NCBI GenBank assembly: GCA_000146045.2
Contig: BK006948.2
Coordinates: 448,001 to 512,000 of the forward strand
Reading direction: 5' to 3'
DNA: 64,000 nt
DNA from: TPA_inf: Saccharomyces
Lineage: Eukaryota
In this document: positions 20,212 through 31,254 of the stretch, piece by piece
Position numbering within the stretch: the stretch's first letter is position 1
How the letters are laid out: each line of letters opens with the position of its first letter
Notes under the pieces: generated by a model
Told to the model about the DNA's origin: nothing
Seen by the model: only the letters and a program-made list of their open reading frames with translations
The model's database searches: none
Translations under genes and position numbers: made by a program

Positions 20212-21252
20212 ATGATGTCTGATTTAACACCAATATTCCGTAAGTATGTTGCTGTTATCGATGATGCTAGAAATGAGCAAAATGGTATAGATGATCATGT
20301 TGAAAGGAAACAAGAGGACTTCGGGAATTCTAATGAAACGTGTGAAATGTTTAGGGATTCGTTTATTAAGGAATGTGCAAGACTATTGAAGTTCCTAGTC
20401 GAATTAAACAAGGTAATAAAACAGATTGAAAAAAACTATTTAGATGACTTTAATATGAGTGATGCGGAAAAGGACGAGTTTGACATGGAATGCAGGCTGC
20501 AAATTCAACAATATTTCAAAAAGTTTGAATTCCTAGAGAATTACGAAATGGAAAGGCATAATTTGTCGCTGAAAAGATTTCAGTCAAAGTCTCACAGATG
20601 GTCAAAAATACTTTCCAATAAAAACGACAACACTAAGCATGTGATACATCCGCAAGACATTGAAAATGGAGTTTATGAATTTAGATTAGGTGTCCTACGG
20701 TGTTTGAATTTGTGGATAAAATATGTTTCATCCAAATTCACTACCATACAACAGGAAAGATTGATATTAGAAAATAAAATGAATTTCAATTCAACGCCTA
20801 TGCCTACTTTATCCAACAATGCGGATGATTTCTCTGCAGATGCAATAGACATCTCAGTGTCACAATCTGCTCCCGTAGAAACTGTACAAGACGAAGTAAA
20901 ACATTATGAAGAGACGATATCCAAATTAACCCAGGAGCAACTACAAGTGTTGGAGACAGAACATTCGGAACTGCTAAATCAAAAAAATGAGCAATTGAAA
21001 AAAGTGGAGACTATAAACAAAACAATTTTAGACATTGTCAATATACAGAACGAATTGTCCAATCATTTAACGGTGCAATCTCAAAATATAAACCTAATGC
21101 TGAACAATCAAGATGACATTGAATTGAATATTAAGAAGGGAAATAAAGAATTACGTAAAGCGAAACGAGCTGCTGGAAGAACTGCTAAAATGACCACTTA
21201 TGGTGCCATTATCATGGGTGTTTTTATATTGTTCCTAGATTATGTAGGTTAA
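20212..21252 (+). CDS. UFE1: ER t-SNARE (syntaxin-like) with a C-terminal transmembrane anchor.
   Basis: 346-aa ORF with a coiled-coil SNARE region and a C-terminal TM (TYGAIIMGVFILFLDYVG), recognised as UFE1 (YOR075W). Confidence 0.8.
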   Translation: MMSDLTPIFRKYVAVIDDARNEQNGIDDHVERKQEDFGNSNETCEMFRDSFIKECARLLKFLVELNKVIKQIEKNYLDDFNMSDAEKDEFDMECRLQIQQYFKKFEFLENYEMERHNLSLKRFQSKSHRWSKILSNKNDNTKHVIHPQDIENGVYEFRLGVLRCLNLWIKYVSSKFTTIQQERLILENKMNFNSTPMPTLSNNADDFSADAIDISVSQSAPVETVQDEVKHYEETISKLTQEQLQVLETEHSELLNQKNEQLKKVETINKTILDIVNIQNELSNHLTVQSQNINLMLNNQDDIELNIKKGNKELRKAKRAAGRTAKMTTYGAIIMGVFILFLDYVG

Positions 21253-21376
21253 TATCACTTTCATAAGATATGTGTAAAATGGGTTAAAAAAATCAATCTA
21301 TCATCAACTTATTACTATTCATTTTATATATTAAACAATAAGTATGAATGCCTAGTATAATTTCTTAGTTGTAGGA

Positions 21377-23620
21377 TTACTGGCATGCAATTCTGCCAAC
21401 TGCGATAACCTTATGATCTATTGATGTTAAAACAATATTGTTGGTAATGTATTTGGAATCAATCACATTAAGAGCAAAGTCTGGTTCTATAATTTCGACT
21501 TCGACAATAAGTGACTGATTTGGATTAATTGAGATGTCGTTAGTCCCGAGAATCTTCACCAATTTTACCGCGTTGTGCGTCAAATTATGGTAAAGAAGCA
21601 ATTCAGAACCCAAGTCAACGGGATCACTTAGCGCGTGCGTTTGTATTGATAATTTTATTAAACGCAAGGCTAACAACTTTAGTGTGTTTGGTAAATTCGG
21701 TGATAGTGTATTCGTCTTTCTAGAGTGAATTATTATATCACCCTTACGAATGTGAAATTGCTTTTTCGTGAAGTCTTCGGTATTATGAATCTTAACAAGA
21801 ACCTCTAAAATGTCAGGGTTCAAACCGACTGATATATTATTTTTTGTGTTAGTCTCCAGTATTTGTTTTGAATTCTTCATTCTTGAAACTATACCATAGT
21901 AATGAAAATCTTCATATTGTGTATGAATTTCAATTGTCTGGCCTGATTGAATATATCCGCTGTTGATCAAGACTTTGAGTGACACGTAATTTATCTCCGC
22001 TATCGGTTGAAGAACAGAAGATTGCAGTATTGTGCCTACAAATGGCTCTTCCAAAGTTGTTTCTATTTTGTTCATATTATGCTCTACCAATAGATATAGT
22101 TGCGAAAAAAATGTCGGACCTTCATACCATTCGGGAACATAATTTATAGAGTCAAATTCTGACTTATACTTAGATTTTGTGATGTTTTCAGTTTTATTCA
22201 AATTCGAACCTAATAAACCCGAACACGGGATAAATTGGAATTCTGCGTCTGTCCACTGAAAGTTTTCCTTCAACACATAATTTAGCTCAGACTGAATCAT
22301 TTCTAGTCGGTGCTTATCCCAACTAATTAGATCTGCCTTATTCAAAAGAATTATCAAGTGCTTTTTGCATGCGGAATTCTTGTTCAAATAAGAGATCACT
22401 TTTAAAATTTCATAAATCTGATTATTTGGACCATCTAATGATTTTTCCCACGAGTCATAATTGCAATCAATAACCAATACATAAACTTCAGGATCAAAGG
22501 TCAAAATTGAGTTCAGAGTTTCTTTATTGAAGTATTTGATACTACCAGGAGTGTCTATAAGCGTCAAGGTTGATGATGGCGGTAGTAAATCATTTTCTAC
22601 CTGAATAACTTTCTTAAACATGGAAAATCCATTTTCTCTTTCTGTTTTGGTATTGTCTAGAATGACCTTAAAACTATTTGAAGATGAAGGATCCAAATTA
22701 CTGCTTTTTTTTTGTAGTTCCCTCATTGATGACATAGAAATTTCGTTTAGATCATATAAAAGATGACCAAGCAAAGTGGATTTGCCTGCGTTTGTATCAC
22801 CGAGGAACAAACATGTCAAATTCAGAGGATGGGTGGCAATGAATGAATGAATATCAATCGACTCAGTAGGTGGTGTTTGAAGGTTAATTGGTTCCTTTTT
22901 TTCGGCCTTGGGCACAGATTTGATATTTAAGTTTTCTAATTTTTCATTGAAAGCATTAAGTTGGGCCGATTGTATTATATCATCAGGACTTGGTCTATTG
23001 AAATTCTCAATGGCTACTTTACGAGTTGTTTTCGGCAGGTTACAAGGCACAAAAATACCAAGGAGCTCATTGTTATGCTTTTTTAAGGACAGAAATGATG
23101 AATTCTGCGACGATAGCGGTATTGATGTACTCAACGAGTTTTTTTTATCTTTTATGATAAAGTTTGTGAACGCAAAATCGTCGGTTTGATTTATGCATGG
23201 ATCGTTTTTCAAGAAACAGTAATGGTTCATTTCTTTAATAGCCTTCCATGACTCTTCTAAGTTGAGTTTATCATCAGGCGATTTCCTTTTGGTAGGGAGT
23301 TCGTTTTCTTTGCTGTCTAATGTCACTGATTTTCCTTGTTTCTCCAAATCACTATTTGACTTCTTTAAGGCAGACAACTTTAAACTCAATGAAACACTAT
23401 GCTGGTTCGGGGTAAAGTCGCTTCTTTTTACCTTGTCTTTTGCAAGTAGCGTCTTCAGATCCTTCCTTTTTGTCTCAGCATTGTTATCTTTAGTTTCTCT
23501 ATTCTTATGTAGTCTTTCTAGTAAGGATGCACTTTTCGATGTACTATGAGACTGGTCCGCACTTAAAAGGCCTTTAGATTTTTCTATTCTTTTTCTTGCT
23601 AATTGCTCTAATAACGACAT
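21377..23620 (-). CDS. SKI7: Ski7, a translational-GTPase-like protein linking the exosome to the Ski complex.
   Basis: 747-aa ORF. GTPase motifs are seen in the translation: G1 GDTNAGKST, G3 LIDTPGS, G4 LLNKADL. The N-terminus is long, low complexity and K/S-rich. Confidence 0.85.
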   Translation of the reverse strand: MSLLEQLARKRIEKSKGLLSADQSHSTSKSASLLERLHKNRETKDNNAETKRKDLKTLLAKDKVKRSDFTPNQHSVSLSLKLSALKKSNSDLEKQGKSVTLDSKENELPTKRKSPDDKLNLEESWKAIKEMNHYCFLKNDPCINQTDDFAFTNFIIKDKKNSLSTSIPLSSQNSSFLSLKKHNNELLGIFVPCNLPKTTRKVAIENFNRPSPDDIIQSAQLNAFNEKLENLNIKSVPKAEKKEPINLQTPPTESIDIHSFIATHPLNLTCLFLGDTNAGKSTLLGHLLYDLNEISMSSMRELQKKSSNLDPSSSNSFKVILDNTKTERENGFSMFKKVIQVENDLLPPSSTLTLIDTPGSIKYFNKETLNSILTFDPEVYVLVIDCNYDSWEKSLDGPNNQIYEILKVISYLNKNSACKKHLIILLNKADLISWDKHRLEMIQSELNYVLKENFQWTDAEFQFIPCSGLLGSNLNKTENITKSKYKSEFDSINYVPEWYEGPTFFSQLYLLVEHNMNKIETTLEEPFVGTILQSSVLQPIAEINYVSLKVLINSGYIQSGQTIEIHTQYEDFHYYGIVSRMKNSKQILETNTKNNISVGLNPDILEVLVKIHNTEDFTKKQFHIRKGDIIIHSRKTNTLSPNLPNTLKLLALRLIKLSIQTHALSDPVDLGSELLLYHNLTHNAVKLVKILGTNDISINPNQSLIVEVEIIEPDFALNVIDSKYITNNIVLTSIDHKVIAVGRIACQ

Positions 23621-23898
23621 GTCAGGTGGTACTGTAAGTTTCGAAGACCACCTCCTCGTACGTGTATTGTAGAAGGGTCTCTAGGTTTATACCTCCAATC
23701 TGTTATAGTACATATTATAGTACACCAATGTAAATCTGGTCCGGGTTACACAACACTTTGTCCTGTACTTTGAAAACTGGAAAAACTCCGCTAGTTGAAA
23801 TTAATATCAAATGGAAAAGTCAGTATCATCATTCTTTTCTTGACAAGTCCTAAAAAGAGCGAAAACACAGGGTTGTTTGATTGTAGAAAATCACAGCG

Positions 23899-24597
23899 AT
23901 GGCAGATTATGATAGTGCGAAATATTGGTCCAAGCAGGGAGCTCGTCGTGGGTTACAGAAAACCCGTTACTACTGCCAAATATGCCAAAGGCAATGTAAA
24001 GATGCAAACGGATTTCAATCACATAACAAATCGCCATCTCATTTAAGGAAGATTAGTCAAGTGACAGCTGAGGACGCTAGGCGCTACAATATCCAGTTTG
24101 AAAAGGGATTTCTACAGTTATTGAAGCAGCGGCACGGAGAAAAATGGATTGATGCTAACAAAGTATACAACGAGTATGTTCAAGATCGCGATCATGTACA
24201 TATGAATGCCACCATGCATCGTTCTTTGACGCAGTTTGTCCGGTACCTAGGCCGCGCGGGCAAGGTAGACGTGGATATGGATATTGATGATACATCTGAG
24301 AACGTTGAAGGTCCTTTGCTTATCAGGATCCATCCCTCATCTTTATCATCACCTTCTGAAGATGGAATGCTGCGAAGTCAACAAGAGGAGCAAGAAGTCA
24401 TAGCCGCCGAGCTTTTGAAAAGACAACTCAATCGTGCTAAGCGACAAACTGAAAAGGTATATCAACCAGAGATGAAATCGGAAATTAGCGGGGATAGCAC
24501 TCTGAAACGTGTTCAAGTCACCTTCCACGGGAATGGTCGGGTAAATAAAAAGAAAAAGAAGGTTCCTCCACGGAAAGATGGTATCAAGTTCCGTTGA
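23899..24597 (+). CDS. RTS2: KIN17-like C2H2 zinc-finger protein.
   Basis: 232-aa ORF with YYCQICQRQCKDANGFQSHNKSPSH (a C2H2 finger) and a C-terminal lysine-rich tail. Confidence 0.8.
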   Translation: MADYDSAKYWSKQGARRGLQKTRYYCQICQRQCKDANGFQSHNKSPSHLRKISQVTAEDARRYNIQFEKGFLQLLKQRHGEKWIDANKVYNEYVQDRDHVHMNATMHRSLTQFVRYLGRAGKVDVDMDIDDTSENVEGPLLIRIHPSSLSSPSEDGMLRSQQEEQEVIAAELLKRQLNRAKRQTEKVYQPEMKSEISGDSTLKRVQVTFHGNGRVNKKKKKVPPRKDGIKFR

Positions 24598-24599
24598 TT

Positions 24600-24625
24600 G
24601 AAAATTTTTCTTTTCAAGCGATGAG
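24600..24625. promoter_or_regulatory. RRPE-like (GAAAATTTTTC) and exact PAC (GCGATGAG) motifs about 100-125 bp upstream of BUD21.
   Basis: Seen directly: ...ttgaaaatttttcttttcaaGCGATGAGg... The PAC + RRPE pair is characteristic of ribosome-biogenesis regulon promoters. Confidence 0.5.
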
Positions 24626-24724
24626 GTTAGCGAAGTTGTTCGAACAAGCCCAAATATGTTTAGAAGGCAGTACGAATTGATACCCTGAACTGTTACTACC
24701 CGTATACACGTATTAAGTAAGACA

Positions 24725-25369
24725 ATGAGTAATGGACACGTCAAGTTTGATGCCGATGAAAGTCAAGCCAGCGCAAGTGCTGTCACGGATAGACAAGATG
24801 ATGTGCTGGTAATATCAAAAAAGGACAAGGAAGTGCATTCAAGTAGTGATGAGGAAAGTGATGATGATGATGCTCCACAAGAAGAAGGGCTTCACTCTGG
24901 GAAAAGTGAGGTAGAATCACAGATCACTCAGAGGGAGGAGGCTATAAGGCTGGAACAATCACAATTGCGGTCCAAGAGAAGGAAGCAAAATGAATTATAC
25001 GCCAAGCAAAAGAAATCAGTGAATGAGACAGAGGTCACTGATGAAGTAATTGCGGAGCTTCCTGAGGAATTGCTAAAAAATATAGATCAGAAGGACGAAG
25101 GTAGTACGCAGTACTCATCTTCAAGACATGTAACTTTCGATAAATTGGATGAGTCAGATGAAAATGAAGAGGCATTGGCTAAAGCTATAAAAACTAAGAA
25201 AAGGAAGACATTAAAAAATTTAAGGAAAGATTCGGTGAAAAGAGGAAAATTTAGAGTTCAATTGTTATCCACCACACAAGATTCTAAAACATTACCACCA
25301 AAGAAAGAATCATCCATCATACGTTCAAAAGACCGTTGGCTAAATAGAAAGGCTTTGAATAAAGGGTAA
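24725..25369 (+). CDS. BUD21: Small-subunit processome / U3 snoRNP component (acidic-serine-rich, lysine-rich).
   Basis: 214-aa ORF with acidic and Ser stretches (SSSDEESDDDDAPQEE) and a basic C-terminus. Position matches YOR078W. Confidence 0.75.
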   Translation: MSNGHVKFDADESQASASAVTDRQDDVLVISKKDKEVHSSSDEESDDDDAPQEEGLHSGKSEVESQITQREEAIRLEQSQLRSKRRKQNELYAKQKKSVNETEVTDEVIAELPEELLKNIDQKDEGSTQYSSSRHVTFDKLDESDENEEALAKAIKTKKRKTLKNLRKDSVKRGKFRVQLLSTTQDSKTLPPKKESSIIRSKDRWLNRKALNKG

Positions 25370-25474
25370 TATATAGCATACAACATAATAAAATAATAGT
25401 ACAATCACAAAATTAATCATAATGTTCATTTATCTATAATCAAACAATGAGAATATATACTGAAGTTTGGTAGG

Positions 25475-26416
25475 TTATTCTTCAGAGATGCAGTACGATA
25501 TCACCAACGGTATGCAGACACCTATCAAAACATAAACGGATTCATCATGAGGTAAAACGACTTCCTGTTCAACGCTGAGATCGTGATCATGAGAATCTCC
25601 ACCAACAAATGCTGTGAAAGACGCATATAGTAAACTGCCACCACTCATAAGCAGAAGATTTCCACTTATCCAATCCATCGTTGGCGAATGACTCAGATTC
25701 AAAAGGGATAACACTATGTATCCGATCGGAGTCGATGACGCAAACAAGAAAACGTTACAGATCACCTCCCATTTCATTAAGTTTTGTCTCGATACCATCA
25801 AACTAGTGAGGGAAAGAACGGCAGGAATTTTATGAATAACTATAGCAATTAACACCACTATGAGCAGTGAATCATTGTTCGTTGTCGTACCTAATGCAAT
25901 TCCATCAGATAGTCCATGAATGAATAAGGCAAAGACAACATTGTTTTGTATTAAGTTCATCCATATTTGTCTTGGATGGTTTATTATATCTTTCCAGCTT
26001 TGAAATTTGACAGCATCATGCGTATAGACCGTTTGCTTTCTAGAAACCCATAGTGTAACCAACCTATCAAGAACATAAACACCTAGAAACCCAATTAATA
26101 AATTCACACCAACGTTTCCATCATGTTCGACACACGCTTTGATACCTTCCGGTATTACCAACATAAATGATGTACCTAACAACATTCCTATACCGAATTG
26201 TGATAGAACGGCAATCTTCACACGGTAACTACTAACATCGTCATTGATCGTTTGAGTATCTGCGTTCGTAGTAAAATCAGAAATTGAGTCAGCACCTTCT
26301 TGGTTTGTGACAATGGAACTTTTTTGTTTATCAATATAATACAATGGGATAAGCCCTATGAGGAAGGTAGCAATCAAAAGAAAACTTGCTAGCAGTATTA
26401 CACCCAAAAACTTCAT
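25475..26416 (-). CDS. ATX2: ZIP-family metal transporter (Golgi Mn2+ homeostasis).
   Basis: The ORF track gives 320 aa, and the second Met gives 313 aa. It is a multi-pass membrane protein with His-containing TM motifs ([19 protein letters not shown]). Confidence 0.75.
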
Positions 26417-26593
26417 TATTATCGGTCTTGGTAACACTAGCTTTAAACCGCGCTTATTTGAGAAGTTTTTATGCAGCTAAACTGTTTCTCGTCATTTTTT
26501 TATAGTTATTTCTCGAAAAATATTATAAATAGACATGCAAAATGATTAGCCATGTCGTATAAATTTATTACCAAGAACAAAAAATACACCCCG

Positions 26594-28792
26594 ATGTCTT
26601 CCCCAGGGAATTCAGGCGTGGCTATAGATTCTACCGTTCTGAAAGCAATTGAATTAGGAACGAGGCTTTTTAAATCTGGAGAATATTTGCAAGCGAAAAG
26701 GATATTCACAAATGCTTTGAGAGTATGTGATTCTTATTCTCAGGAGCAGATTATGCGCATTAGGAACGCGTATCAATTAGATACTGCGAGACCGGATAAC
26801 AAACGATTATATCATCCTAGATACATAAAGATATTGGATAACATCTGTGCGTGCTACGAAAAATTGAATGATTTGAAATCTTGTTTGGACGTATCACAAA
26901 GGTTACTTAAGTTAGAACCAGGTAATATCAAATGCTATATACGATGTACAAGGACGTTGATAAAATTAAAAGACTGGAAAAGGGCATATAAAACATGTTC
27001 TCGTGGACTGCAATTATGCAATAACGATAGCAATCATCTAAGACAACAAAAACAATTCATTAAAAATAACATGGTTCAAAAACAGGACGGCAAGAGAAGT
27101 TATATAGATCCATTAGAGGAGACCAAAATAGCAAAAAAAAAAAAGAATAATAATGTTCTAGAATCGTTACCAAAGAAGAAGATTAAAGGTAGTACCAAGA
27201 AAACTGATTTAGTTGGCAATTTGCCGATAGAAATACTACCTATCATATTCCAAAGGTTTACCACTAAGGAGCTTGTTACGTTGTCGCTAGTTTGTAACAA
27301 ATGGAGGGACAAAATTTTGTATCATTTAGACTGCTTCCAAGAATTCAACTTGGCACCAATAAATTTTAAAAATTTTGTAAAGTTTATGGATTTTTTACAA
27401 CAGAATTTCACCAGGACGTATAGAAAATATATTCTTTCACAAGTAAAAGTCAGTTCTAGAATCACTTCGGAAGAGTTACGAATAACTCAATTATTATTCA
27501 GTAAAATGCCGAAATGTATAAACATCGAACGGCTTATACTGTCAATGCCAACACTAACTACAACACAAATCTTTAAGTTAATGGTTAGAGGAGGCACAGA
27601 TTTTTTTACAAGGCTGCTGGAATTATCTCTCATGATAACTTATAGGCCTGATAAACAACATGAATTGGAGATACTGCAGACTTGTCCTCTGTTGAAAAAA
27701 ATAGAATTAATTTTTGTCAATTCACTGGTACCAATTTTCGACGGAAATAATAGCGTTGGGAGGGATGGAAGTTTCAATGTGATGGCCCGTCATACTAATA
27801 TGCAGATATCCACTGCGGATAATGATGAACAGGGAATAGTAGAAGAAAAGGTGATTTATAGTGAGCTAGAGAAGATAACATTGATATGTGATAAGAAGAA
27901 AATTAAGAATTTTCCACTTTGTCGTGCTCTATTAAGAGGCCAGTTTCCTCTATTGCAGAAACTGACGATAACTGGTGTAACATTTCCTATGAATAATCAA
28001 GACATAATGAATTTTCAATGGCTATTGAACTTCCCAGACCTAAAAGAACTATGGATAGAAGATAACGACAACTGTGAACTCAGTAAGTTTTTGCAATTGT
28101 TAAAATTTTCGAATGTCTGGAAAAACTTGGAAAAGTTAACCTTTAGAGAGAACAAGCTATATCCAATTGTTAATTTGGATGAAGATCAGCCTGTTACGAA
28201 TGACGACGAGGTGCCATCCATGCTATTTTACAAGGAAAATCTCCAAAACCTGGAAAAGTTGGATCTAATGGGGACATCGATAAGTGGTTCTGCGTTGACT
28301 AGATTATGCGAGCAGGAATACTTGGATGGTCGGAAATTAAGAAGTTTAAACATTGGGAATTGCCCCAACATCCAGTTCCCAAATAATCACGCTCATACAG
28401 CAAGGATGATACTGGATGTGAATGCAGTTTTGAAGAGACTCTCCAAGTTGGAAGAAATAAATTTATCGCATCTCAGCTCCTTGAATGATAGTACGATGAA
28501 GTCATTCATTATTAATGTACCATTTTTGGAAAATTTAAAGAGGCTTGACATTTCGCACAATTTTGAAATTACAGGAATATCAATATATGAATTTCTAAAA
28601 AAATTTCAGATGGATCATGACAACGAAGCGGGAGGTCAACCACTGGCATATTTAAATATTGACGGATGTTCCCAAGTGTCTCATATCACAGTTAATATGA
28701 TCCGAGCGCAGAACTTAGTTACTCAAGTGGATTGTGTTTATGAAAGAGATGTATGGAGAAAATTTGGAATTAATTCATATTCATACTCATAG
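26594..28792 (+). CDS. DIA2: F-box protein with N-terminal TPR and C-terminal leucine-rich repeats (SCF substrate adaptor).
   Basis: F-box NLPIEILPIIFQRFTTKELVTLSLVCNKWRDKI is seen in the translation, and the C-terminal half is LRR-like. Translation gives 732 aa from the Met at 26594 (the track's upstream Met would give 746). Confidence 0.8.
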   Translation: MSSPGNSGVAIDSTVLKAIELGTRLFKSGEYLQAKRIFTNALRVCDSYSQEQIMRIRNAYQLDTARPDNKRLYHPRYIKILDNICACYEKLNDLKSCLDVSQRLLKLEPGNIKCYIRCTRTLIKLKDWKRAYKTCSRGLQLCNNDSNHLRQQKQFIKNNMVQKQDGKRSYIDPLEETKIAKKKKNNNVLESLPKKKIKGSTKKTDLVGNLPIEILPIIFQRFTTKELVTLSLVCNKWRDKILYHLDCFQEFNLAPINFKNFVKFMDFLQQNFTRTYRKYILSQVKVSSRITSEELRITQLLFSKMPKCINIERLILSMPTLTTTQIFKLMVRGGTDFFTRLLELSLMITYRPDKQHELEILQTCPLLKKIELIFVNSLVPIFDGNNSVGRDGSFNVMARHTNMQISTADNDEQGIVEEKVIYSELEKITLICDKKKIKNFPLCRALLRGQFPLLQKLTITGVTFPMNNQDIMNFQWLLNFPDLKELWIEDNDNCELSKFLQLLKFSNVWKNLEKLTFRENKLYPIVNLDEDQPVTNDDEVPSMLFYKENLQNLEKLDLMGTSISGSALTRLCEQEYLDGRKLRSLNIGNCPNIQFPNNHAHTARMILDVNAVLKRLSKLEEINLSHLSSLNDSTMKSFIINVPFLENLKRLDISHNFEITGISIYEFLKKFQMDHDNEAGGQPLAYLNIDGCSQVSHITVNMIRAQNLVTQVDCVYERDVWRKFGINSYSYS

Positions 28793-28938
28793 ATTAATAA
28801 ATCACTGATGATAATGCAGTATCCTTCGGAAAATTCTTAGAATATTTAATATAACAAAATGGCATGTACCTTTTGGAGTTGATGGAGGTGAGAATATAGA
28901 AAGCTTTTTATATAAAAATGTACTTATTGTCTTTCATT

Positions 28939-31188
28939 TCAATTTTGAAAAATGTCTGAATTGTTCATGAAATTGTCGTTTGTGGCAGCCGACATAGCGT
29001 CCATGGGGAACCTGCTTGGATTGAATAAAGTGTTATCAAATGAACCGTTTTCAATAGCCGGTATGGGAAAATCTTCTGAGTTTGTTTGAACATCATAAGA
29101 GGAAATTGTTCCAGATTTTTTTCTATTTTTCCTCATCTCTGCCGACATATTTTGATTATAATAAGAAGATCTTTTTTTGAATTGAGGTCGTGATGGAACC
29201 TTCAATGGTGATTTCTTTAGCCGTAAACTAGATGCACCGATGGCAAACGATAAAGAATTTGCCTTCTGCCTTGTACCCTGCTGCGTGAATGAAGATTTTG
29301 AACGTTGTGGAGATGTAGAAGGCGATGGAGAAGGCGATAACATATCCATTTTCCTCTTGTTGAAGGTAGAAGATGGAGAAGGCAATGGCTGAAGAGGAAA
29401 TCTTCCCGGTGCCGCTGTTTTGTTGGGAGACTTGATAATTGATAGTGAATTGGAGGAGGATTCTTCCAAGTCAACTCCCGGCAAGTCAGCATCCATTATG
29501 GAAAGAGATTTGATTTGCTCACTGAATCGAGGTTGGTAGAATTGTAAAGGGTTTTTTATTGACGAAGAGATTATTATTTTCTCCTTTAGGAATGTGATGG
29601 CCTTATCCAAGGCGAATTCTTGGCCACAGTTATTTTGAATCATGGAAATTTTCGGCCAAGTAGCTCTTGCACCTAAAGTAGTTTGGTGCAATAGGAAAAG
29701 TTGAGATGGGTTCTTCAATACTTCGTGGAATTGACCAACCATTGATAGATCGGGTAAAATTGTGACATTGCCAGAGTATTGTTGTAAAAAAAGGTGTTTC
29801 AATTTGGTCATCAAATAGGGATGGAACTCAAGCTCCTTTAGGATGTCTAAAAAATGAATAGTTTCGTCGGAAAAAAATTTGAAGATCTTTGTTACTTGGT
29901 TTCTGAAACGGGCGGTAATTTCCTTTTCAATTTCACCCCCAACGCAAGTGTTTGAAAACTTTAACAGGGGAAAGACATGTATATTTACCTGGCAGGCGAT
30001 AATGTGGTCGACATTGAACATTTCAGAAAGACGAGAAATGGGCATGTCATTATCTACAGATCCGTCCATGAATTTCATGTTTGATAAATGTAAATTTGTT
30101 GCCCCCCACTCTTTAATCTTTCCAGTGTGAGGATCTTTCTCGAATAGCGGCGTGGAGGGGAAAACTCCAGGTAGAGAACAAGATGCGCATACGGCAGACC
30201 AGATGAGAACGTTTGGAGCGGTTAAATTGTTTAGTAGTTTCGGCTGTTCGTATATGGAAGCAGGCGAGACTGTGATATTCAGGATTTTTCCAGTCTTGTT
30301 GTAGGCTTCCCTAAAGGTCAAGTTTCCTAAAAACGAAAGCATTGTGTTAATCAAAGGTTGATTATTGAACCAGGTACCGTTTTGGCAGAACCTCGATATC
30401 TTGATTAGTAAGTTTTCGTTGGGAGATTTGGAATTGTCGTCATTGAAGATGTTAAACTCCATATTAAGTACATTGGTCAACAAGGAGGGAATTTCCTGGG
30501 TCGTGTGGACGCAAAATATGCTGGCAACAATGGCGCCAGCACTGCTACCGCTGATCACCTTAGGCATCAGGTCCGATTCAAAAAGGGCGGCAAGAACACC
30601 AATGTGGAAAAGGCCGAAAGTGCTCCCACCGCTAAGCACGAGAGCCGTGCGCCCTATGTTTCTTCTCGTCTGTTGCAAAATACCGAGGAGATAGTGATCG
30701 TTCATATTTGACTGATGGATCAGCGCGGTGAGCACTGCTTGAGACTCTTCTAGGTAGTCATGTATAATTTGTTTTGTGCCGGTATGCGAGTGCCTGTAAA
30801 GATTAACGTTATTCATGTTGCCAAGATTACGGACCCACTTAGTTCTAATCAGATAAAGCAGGCGGTGGTAGTCGTGAGTGGTTCTCAAATGGCGCATACG
30901 GATGGTCAAGTCTTGCAGCAGCTTATAGTTATACAACGAGGACTCGTCGATTGTTTTCCATTCGGAAAGTCCCGTTAAGTCGTCTAATCGCGACGCTATG
31001 TCATTCCATTGATCGTAGGAGATGGCGTGTTTTTTCTGGGAAGACAAATCGGATATGAGCAGCTGTTTACGGGAGAGAGTCTTGTGGTATAACCATTTGA
31101 AGAGCGATGATGAGTCTGTGGCAGGAGTGTTGGAAAGTTCGTAGTATTTGGATAAAAGAAATTCTGTTACTGGCAAGGTATTAGACAT
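28939..31188 (-). CDS. TGL5: Patatin-domain triacylglycerol lipase.
   Basis: 749-aa ORF. The patatin GXSXG nucleophile elbow GSSAGAIVAS and the DG(S/A) dyad element FMDGSVDND are seen in the translation. Confidence 0.9.
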   Translation of the reverse strand: MSNTLPVTEFLLSKYYELSNTPATDSSSLFKWLYHKTLSRKQLLISDLSSQKKHAISYDQWNDIASRLDDLTGLSEWKTIDESSLYNYKLLQDLTIRMRHLRTTHDYHRLLYLIRTKWVRNLGNMNNVNLYRHSHTGTKQIIHDYLEESQAVLTALIHQSNMNDHYLLGILQQTRRNIGRTALVLSGGSTFGLFHIGVLAALFESDLMPKVISGSSAGAIVASIFCVHTTQEIPSLLTNVLNMEFNIFNDDNSKSPNENLLIKISRFCQNGTWFNNQPLINTMLSFLGNLTFREAYNKTGKILNITVSPASIYEQPKLLNNLTAPNVLIWSAVCASCSLPGVFPSTPLFEKDPHTGKIKEWGATNLHLSNMKFMDGSVDNDMPISRLSEMFNVDHIIACQVNIHVFPLLKFSNTCVGGEIEKEITARFRNQVTKIFKFFSDETIHFLDILKELEFHPYLMTKLKHLFLQQYSGNVTILPDLSMVGQFHEVLKNPSQLFLLHQTTLGARATWPKISMIQNNCGQEFALDKAITFLKEKIIISSSIKNPLQFYQPRFSEQIKSLSIMDADLPGVDLEESSSNSLSIIKSPNKTAAPGRFPLQPLPSPSSTFNKRKMDMLSPSPSPSTSPQRSKSSFTQQGTRQKANSLSFAIGASSLRLKKSPLKVPSRPQFKKRSSYYNQNMSAEMRKNRKKSGTISSYDVQTNSEDFPIPAIENGSFDNTLFNPSRFPMDAMSAATNDNFMNNSDIFQN

Positions 31189-31254
31189 AGCAACGAAACA
31201 GAACCGTCTTCCTTGTGCTGTTTATGATGTCTTTTGTCTCCTATTGTTTTCGAA

